Assembly: GCA_043719295.1 (NCBI GenBank)
Contig: JAYSUD010000004.1
Span: 1-43,042 of the forward strand
Source of the DNA: a bacterium
GTDB taxonomy: Bacteria > Patescibacteriota > Minisyncoccia > Phycocordibacterales > UBA918
Reading direction: 5' to 3'
DNA length: 43,042 bases
Shown here: positions 37,330 through 43,042 of the stretch, in pieces
How positions within the stretch are numbered: position 1 is the stretch's first letter
Layout of the letters: every line of letters starts with the position of its first letter
Program-made: the position numbers and the translations under genes
Notes under the pieces: model-generated
The model's input: the letters and a program-made list of their open reading frames with translations, nothing else
Databases searched by the model: none
What the model was told of the DNA's origin: nothing

Positions 37330-38424
37330 ATGCACATCACAATAAATCGAGAAGAACTTTTAAATCGGCTTGAGCTTATGGGGAGAGTGAGTACAAAACA
37401 TATTACACTTCCAGTTTTACAATGTGTCCTTCTTGAAGCAGTAGATGGAATCTTTACTATTAGAGCAACAAATCTGGAAATTGGTATTGAATCAAAAAAC
37501 ACCGTTACATGTATCGAAAATGGAACAATTGCAATTCCTACTACAATTTTGACTCAGACTGTTGCATGTATGAATACTAAAGAGGTTACATTAAAAACAG
37601 AAGAAAACACCTTAATTATTGAAGGAAGCGGGTCTGAAACCAATATCAAATCTATTCCCTTTGAAGAGTTCCCTACTATTTCACGTATTACTGCAAAAGG
37701 TCAAAAAATACAGAGAAATTTGTTTTCACTTGGAATTAAAACAGCATCTTTTGCAGCAAGTGTCTCTTCAATAAAACCAGAACTTGGAAGTGTATATATT
37801 TTACAAAAAAGAGAACATGCACTTACGTTTGTTTCAACCGACTCATTTAGATTGATGGAAAAAACAGTACCACAAAAAGGATTTATTCTCGAAGAACCAA
37901 TTTTAATCCCCTATAAAAACGCTCTTGAATTTGCACGGGTGTGTGATATTCAAAACAGTGAACCTGAATTTAAAATTAGTGATAATCAGTGTGCTTTAGA
38001 GTTTGAAGATGGTGTTTATATAACTTCTCGTCTAACTTCAGGATCTTTTCCTGATTACGAACAGATTATTCCAAAAGAATACAGTACACACACAACGTTA
38101 CTTAAAAATGAATTAGCACAAGCATTTAAGAAATCAAACATTTTTCTTAATAAATTTCTTCAAGTAGGGTTACATGTAACAAAAGATTCACTTACTGTTT
38201 CAGCTAATAGTGGTGAGATTGGTACAACAACTGATTCAGTTAAAGCTCAAACTGAAGGTGATGATCTTACATTAAACTTTAACCAGCGGTACATATCTGA
38301 ACCACTTGGACATATTGTAGACGATAGTATTATTCTCCATTTTGCAGGTATTGGACGTCCGTTGGTTATTGAAGGGGTTAATGATAAGTCACTACGGTAC
38401 TTGGTGATGCCTATGAATAAATAG
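37330..38424 (+). CDS. dnaN: DNA polymerase III beta sliding clamp
   Basis: ATNLEIGI, STDSFRL, GSFPDYEQIIP, YLVMPM. Confidence 0.96.
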   Translation: MHITINREELLNRLELMGRVSTKHITLPVLQCVLLEAVDGIFTIRATNLEIGIESKNTVTCIENGTIAIPTTILTQTVACMNTKEVTLKTEENTLIIEGSGSETNIKSIPFEEFPTISRITAKGQKIQRNLFSLGIKTASFAASVSSIKPELGSVYILQKREHALTFVSTDSFRLMEKTVPQKGFILEEPILIPYKNALEFARVCDIQNSEPEFKISDNQCALEFEDGVYITSRLTSGSFPDYEQIIPKEYSTHTTLLKNELAQAFKKSNIFLNKFLQVGLHVTKDSLTVSANSGEIGTTTDSVKAQTEGDDLTLNFNQRYISEPLGHIVDDSIILHFAGIGRPLVIEGVNDKSLRYLVMPMNK

Positions 38425-38437
38425 TGAGCTACAGAGC

Positions 38438-38552
38438 GTAGCGACAATAGCGAACTTTCGTCCCGGTTTCCGATGTTGACCTAGAGTGTAACTTTTTGCC
38501 TCAGCTCTGCTGTGCGAAAAGTTATACTCATCGGAAACTGCTGGACGTCTCC
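38438..38552 (-). repeat. Structured repeat family A, copy 2
   Basis: Reverse complement GGAGACGTCCAGCAGTTTCCGATG..GCACAGCAGAGCTGAGGC..CATCGGAAACCGGGACGAAAGTTCGCTATTGTCGCTAC. Confidence 0.85.
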
Positions 38553-38634
38553 AGAGTACCTGTGTGCGTTAATAGCTGATAGAAACACCCTAATCTCTAT
38601 TCTACAAAATTAACTTTTAATTCAAACATATTAT

Positions 38635-38925
38635 ATGCGCAAGGGTCGTGGTGAGATAGTAAAACTCAGTTCTCTTTTTGAGAAGTATACAAAAACACTA
38701 AAAGCGCCTCAAGGTGTGGTGACTTCATGCTTTATAGAGGTCGTTTTTGAGCTCCTGAAGCTTGAAATAACAAAAGAGAAGCTTACCTACTCAGTTACTA
38801 CTAAAGTCCTATCTGTGAGGGTTTCAGGTCCTTTAAAAAGTGAAATTATGCTCCGAAAAAAAGAAATCTTAAATCATATGAAAGGTCGTATAGGAGAACA
38901 AGGTGCACCAAGAGACATTATGTAA
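38635..38925 (+). CDS. DUF721/DciA-like protein
   Basis: KVLSVRVSGPLKSEIMLRKKEILNHM pattern; position after dnaN. Confidence 0.6.
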   Translation: MRKGRGEIVKLSSLFEKYTKTLKAPQGVVTSCFIEVVFELLKLEITKEKLTYSVTTKVLSVRVSGPLKSEIMLRKKEILNHMKGRIGEQGAPRDIM

Positions 38926-38926
38926 T

Positions 38927-39052
38927 GCAAGACCATCGCAGACGGCACATTTCTTCGTTGCATTGCATAAAATAACACTCACCGTACTCAATGTACGTCT
39001 CGCATTATTTCATTTGTGTGTCTCGAACTGCACTCGTCTGCGATGGTCTTGC
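38927..39052 (-). repeat. Structured repeat family C, copy 5
   Basis: Perfect 18-bp outer stem gcaagaccatcgcagacg/cgtctgcgatggtcttgc enclosing GCACATTTCTTCGTTG..CTCACCGTAC-tcaat-GTACG..CTCGAACTGCACT. Confidence 0.88.
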
Positions 39053-39117
39053 TTGTAAAAGTAAAAAATCACACAATATAGATTTCTTGTGTGGTTTTTT
39101 ATAGATCAATTTCTCAA

Positions 39118-41343
39118 TTAATTTTCTTCGTCCTCCTCTTGATTTGGTCTGTCGCCTTCTTCAGTATCCTCTTCAACAACGGCGTTTGTATACGTACCTT
39201 CTGCCCATTTCTGTACAGCGTATTCCCAATTCTGATATTGCGAATCCGCAGTTGGATTTGATGGGTATGGCCCTAGTGGATTTCGTTTATCTACAAAGTG
39301 CAGTATCGTGTGGATGTTTGACGCAACACCTGCCAAGTCAGGGGTGGTACTTCCAGATTGCATACTTTGAATTAATGTCGCGGTATCAAATATCTCTCCT
39401 CTAAGTACGGGTTTAATGTTGGGGTTAATTGCCTGTGGTTCAGAAAAGTACTTTGTCTCACGTTTTGCAAGTGCAATATCCATAAACTCACGCCATTGCG
39501 GGGTTGCAATAAGTCCCGAGAGTCCGTTCATTGGGGAGTTATCGTTGTTGCCTACCCAAATACCTACTGCAAGGTTTGGCGCATATCCCATAATCCATGC
39601 ATCACGAGAGTTGTTGGTACTTCCTGACTTTGCTGCTACATCGCGATCTTTAAAATTAATAAGTGAGTTACCTCCCCAGAGTGGTGTACGAGCTGCATTG
39701 TCTGAAAGAATGTCTGAAATTTGCAAGGCAACATTTTTATCAAGTACTCGACTCTCACTCACTGGAGTTTCCTCGAGGGTATTTCCACTCATGTCTTCAA
39801 TACGAAGAATTGCTCTTTGTTGCGCCTTTATGCCCTCATTTGCGAACACACCATAGGCACCGGTATGCTCAAGGAGCTTCACTTCTCCACCTCCAAGCAC
39901 CAACGTAAGTCCAAGTCTATCAGGATCATTAAGTGTTGAGATTCCCATGTCCCCCGCAAGTTTAATTGCGTCTTTAATTCCTGTTAGATACAGAACTTTC
40001 ACTGCAGGAATATTAAGTGACTGTGCAAGTGCGTTACGCAAACTAATAGGTCCAACAAATTTATTGTTGTAATTATTTGGTGAGTAACAAGGGTCTGTGC
40101 CACTTAGATCCCAAGGTTCACATACAGAACTAAATTGAGTTTTTATATCAAATACTTTTGTTTCAGGAGTGTATCCTTTTGCAAAAGCAGAAGCATAGAC
40201 AATAGGTTTGATAGAAGACCCTGGTTGTCGTGGAGAAACAGTAATGTTGAAGTTTCCATCAATGGTGGTGTCAAAATAATCACGTGAACCTACCATAACC
40301 AATACGTCTCCTGATTGAGGGTCAACAGCAACCATTCCACTATTATCAGCTTTGAATCGTGTTTGCACATCCTCTGCGTGTTCTTTCAAAATGCGTTCTG
40401 CTTCCTGTTGTAGTTCCCAATCAAGTGTTGTAATAACTTTCATTCCTTTTTCAGAAAGTGCCTCTTCACCAAATTTTTCTACAAGTTGTTCACGAATATA
40501 CATCACAAAGTGGGGTGCACGTATTCCTGTTATTGCCTGTGGTTGAAATGTAACTACAGTTGCTAGAGCACTATCATGTTCTTCTTGGGTTATAAATTCA
40601 TTGATAAGCATACGTTTAAGCACAAGTTTCTGTCGAGCATCAAGCGCATCTTTATGTGTTCCATACGGTGAAAGGTACGTGGGTGCTTGTGGCAATGCTG
40701 CAAGGTAGGCAGCTTCAGGAAGAGTAATATCTGAAGCTGATTTACCAAAAAACGACTGGCTTGCTTCTTCAACTCCATAAATAGTCCCTCCATACGGTGA
40801 CTCATTGAGATAGTGTCCCAAGATCTCATCTTTTGAAAGTACACGCTCAATTTTTATTGCAAGAATTGCCTCCTTAACTTTTCGCGTGAGTTTTTTTTCT
40901 TTTTCAAGAATAGAGTTTTTGATTACTTGTTGAGTAATCGTAGAACCTCCTTGCCCTCCAAGCAAATCCCCACTAAAGAAATTTGCAAGCGCTGCACGTA
41001 AAATTGCGAGAGGGTCAATACCAATATGTTTATAAAATTCATCATCTTCTATAGCAACACTTGCATTTTTAATGTGATAGGAAATATTTTCAAACGGTAC
41101 AATTGTACGTCTGACATCTTGGTGTAAGTCGTAGAGAAGCACCTCACCTGTTTTGTCATAAATCTTTGTTGATTGTTCAATTCTTCTCTGGTCAAAAGAG
41201 GACAAATCTGGGATCTCAAGTGTTGAAACCCAAATAAAAAGACCCCCAATGAGTATCATCAGAATCACAAAAGTAGCTATTCCGGTATCAATAAGAACGT
41301 CTTTATAGTGCTTCTTAATCCATATTTTTATGTTCTTTTTCAT
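39118..41343 (-). CDS. Class A penicillin-binding protein (PBP1A family)
   Basis: EDDEFY.H.GID, GGSTITQQVIKN, RKVKEA, RQPGSSIKP (SxxK), SLN, KSG; start may be 41361. Confidence 0.93.
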   Translation of the reverse strand: MKKNIKIWIKKHYKDVLIDTGIATFVILMILIGGLFIWVSTLEIPDLSSFDQRRIEQSTKIYDKTGEVLLYDLHQDVRRTIVPFENISYHIKNASVAIEDDEFYKHIGIDPLAILRAALANFFSGDLLGGQGGSTITQQVIKNSILEKEKKLTRKVKEAILAIKIERVLSKDEILGHYLNESPYGGTIYGVEEASQSFFGKSASDITLPEAAYLAALPQAPTYLSPYGTHKDALDARQKLVLKRMLINEFITQEEHDSALATVVTFQPQAITGIRAPHFVMYIREQLVEKFGEEALSEKGMKVITTLDWELQQEAERILKEHAEDVQTRFKADNSGMVAVDPQSGDVLVMVGSRDYFDTTIDGNFNITVSPRQPGSSIKPIVYASAFAKGYTPETKVFDIKTQFSSVCEPWDLSGTDPCYSPNNYNNKFVGPISLRNALAQSLNIPAVKVLYLTGIKDAIKLAGDMGISTLNDPDRLGLTLVLGGGEVKLLEHTGAYGVFANEGIKAQQRAILRIEDMSGNTLEETPVSESRVLDKNVALQISDILSDNAARTPLWGGNSLINFKDRDVAAKSGSTNNSRDAWIMGYAPNLAVGIWVGNNDNSPMNGLSGLIATPQWREFMDIALAKRETKYFSEPQAINPNIKPVLRGEIFDTATLIQSMQSGSTTPDLAGVASNIHTILHFVDKRNPLGPYPSNPTADSQYQNWEYAVQKWAEGTYTNAVVEEDTEEGDRPNQEEDEEN

Positions 41344-41416
41344 GATGTGTACTAAGGCCATATTACCATGTTCTGTCTATCTATTGATACGTCAAGCAGT
41401 GTGCTAAAGTTATTCT

Positions 41417-42658
41417 ATGAAATTGTCAGAAGAGTTAACAGAACGTGGGTTTATTAATCAAATTTCCTCAGAATCACTGAGTGAAATACTCGATGGTGAA
41501 AAACGAATTATTTATCATGGCATAGACCCAAGCGCAGATTCAGCACATGCGGGTAACTTTGTAATCTGGATGTTGCTCCGACATCTTGCACAAGCGGGTC
41601 ACACAGTTTTTTTCCTTGTTGGAGGAGGTACGGGCATGATCGGAGATCCAAAACCTGATGCAGAACGAACTCTTTCGTTGCCTGAAGTTGTTGCTTCAAA
41701 TGTAGCAAAACTTAAGATTCAAGCGGCAAGTTTACTAGAAGGGCACAAGCTCCAGTTTGTTAATAATTATGATTGGCTTTCAAAAATTAACTTGATTACA
41801 TTCCTTCGAGATATTGGTAAACACTTCACAATTAATGAACTTATTAAAAAAGATGCAATTGCAACTCGTCTAAATAGCGAAGTTGGACTCTCGTACACAG
41901 AATTTGCCTATCCTTTACTGCAAGCGTTTGACTATCTGACCCTTCATAAGGAATATGGATGTGACCTCCAGGTTGGAGGTTCAGATCAGTGGGGTAATAT
42001 TATTGCAGGAGTAGACTTAATTCGCCGTGTTGAGCAAAAAAAAGTACACGCACTTACCGTGCCCCTTATTATAGATAAAGCTACCGGGAAAAAATTTGGA
42101 AAAAGTGAAGGTAATGCGGTCTGGTTAGATGCTACAAAAACATCCCCGTATGCGTTCTATCAATTTTGGCTTAATGCATCAGACGAAAGTGTTATCGACT
42201 ATCTTAAACTATTTACACTTTTGTCACTTGAAGAAATTAGTCAAATTGAACTTGAATCTAAAACTAATCCTTCTCTACGTACTGCACAAAAGAAGCTTGC
42301 GTATGAAGTAACTTCCTTTGTACATACTCGTGATGCAGCAACTGCGGTCACTCGAGCCTCTCAATCGTTATTTGGGGAAATAGAATTCAAAAGTTTAACT
42401 GAAAATGAGGTGGCAATTCTGAAAGAAAATGCTCCACATGTAGATTGTCAGGAAAACGAGGAAATTATTGAAGTACTTATTAAGGCAGGTCTTGCAACAA
42501 GTAAACGTGAAGCACGAACCTTTATTGAGGAGGGTGCAGTCTCAATAAATGGACTAAAAGTTACTGGTGCACTTGAAATCCTTACCTCAGACAAGTATGG
42601 AAAAATAGTTTTGTTAAAGCGAGGTAAGAAGCAACTGTCCCTTATTTCGTTTACGTAG
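41417..42658 (+). CDS. tyrS: Tyrosine--tRNA ligase
   Basis: GIDPSADSAHAGN (HIGH-like), QVGGSDQWGNI, KFGKSEGN, C-terminal S4 domain. Confidence 0.96.
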   Translation: MKLSEELTERGFINQISSESLSEILDGEKRIIYHGIDPSADSAHAGNFVIWMLLRHLAQAGHTVFFLVGGGTGMIGDPKPDAERTLSLPEVVASNVAKLKIQAASLLEGHKLQFVNNYDWLSKINLITFLRDIGKHFTINELIKKDAIATRLNSEVGLSYTEFAYPLLQAFDYLTLHKEYGCDLQVGGSDQWGNIIAGVDLIRRVEQKKVHALTVPLIIDKATGKKFGKSEGNAVWLDATKTSPYAFYQFWLNASDESVIDYLKLFTLLSLEEISQIELESKTNPSLRTAQKKLAYEVTSFVHTRDAATAVTRASQSLFGEIEFKSLTENEVAILKENAPHVDCQENEEIIEVLIKAGLATSKREARTFIEEGAVSINGLKVTGALEILTSDKYGKIVLLKRGKKQLSLISFT

Positions 42659-42670
42659 GAAATTAGTAAT

Positions 42671-42704
42671 CAAAAAGCCACCATATTGTCATGGTGGCTT
42701 TTTG
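42671..42704 (+). terminator. Terminator after tyrS
   Basis: caaaaagccaccat-attgtc-atggtggctttttg. Confidence 0.7.
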
Positions 42705-42844
42705 CTTACTTTAAGGGGGGCAAAATGTAGTGGGGTGCGGACTTAACTAAGCGTTGGAGAGTTCCTATTTTCTGCTAAATATACTGTAGAACAGGGCTAA
42801 CGCCGAGGTTCTACAGTATATATTGAGTCAGCAGCAGAAAATTA

Positions 42845-42945
42845 GGTGAGAAGCGAACACTTGGAGCTTCGCAAGACTTTGGCTAGTATTTTGTGAGTGA
42901 AGCGAAACAAAAGGGTGACAAAGTGGACAGCTTCTGTAAGAAGAG
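42845..42945 (+). repeat. Structured repeat family B, copy 5 (core only)
   Basis: GGTGAGAAGC..GCTTCGCAAGACTTTG..CAAAGTGGACAGCTTCTGTAAGAAG. Confidence 0.82.
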
Positions 42946-42990
42946 AAGTTCGCCATTGTCGCTATTACTAACAGAGTTAACTGGAACTTT

Positions 42991-43042
42991 GGAGACGTCC
43001 AGCAGTTTTCGCTGAAAAAAATACAGAGCACAGCAAAGCTGA
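42991..43042 (+). repeat. Structured repeat family A, copy 3 (truncated by window end)
   Basis: GGAGACGTCCAGCAGTTTTCGCTGA..GCACAGCAAAGCTGA. Confidence 0.8.

Noticed and set aside
38438-38552. Hammerhead or HDV ribozyme reading of family A (CCGATGAG...GAAA; GGCAAC)
   Set aside because: The CUGAUGA core is absent, those bases are paired in a long stem and not conserved in copy A1, and no HDV double pseudoknot could be drawn by eye.

Overview
Chromosomal origin region of a small-genome bacterium; gene content and style suggest Patescibacteria/CPR, Parcubacteria-like (inference). It holds rpmH-rnpA-yidC divergent from dnaA-oriC-dnaN-DUF721/DciA, PBP1A, tyrS, pcrA, rsmA, rpsO-NYN-pnp, a comM/yifB ATPase, a DksA-type protein, a LysM-M23 peptidase, a Xer-type recombinase, xth, a CCA-adding enzyme, a RelE/ParE-RHH toxin-antitoxin pair, two tRNAs and a ~12 kb minimal type IV secretion-like cluster. 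The most unusual signal is non-coding. The intergenic spaces carry at least 13 copies of three diverged, co-varying structured repeat families (A, B, C). B and C share one outer 'socket' motif that always faces the nearest gene. There are also REP-like hairpins and two tandem promoter-leader-small ORF-terminator cassettes next to the tyrosine recombinase. All calls are by eye; no searches or folding programs were run.
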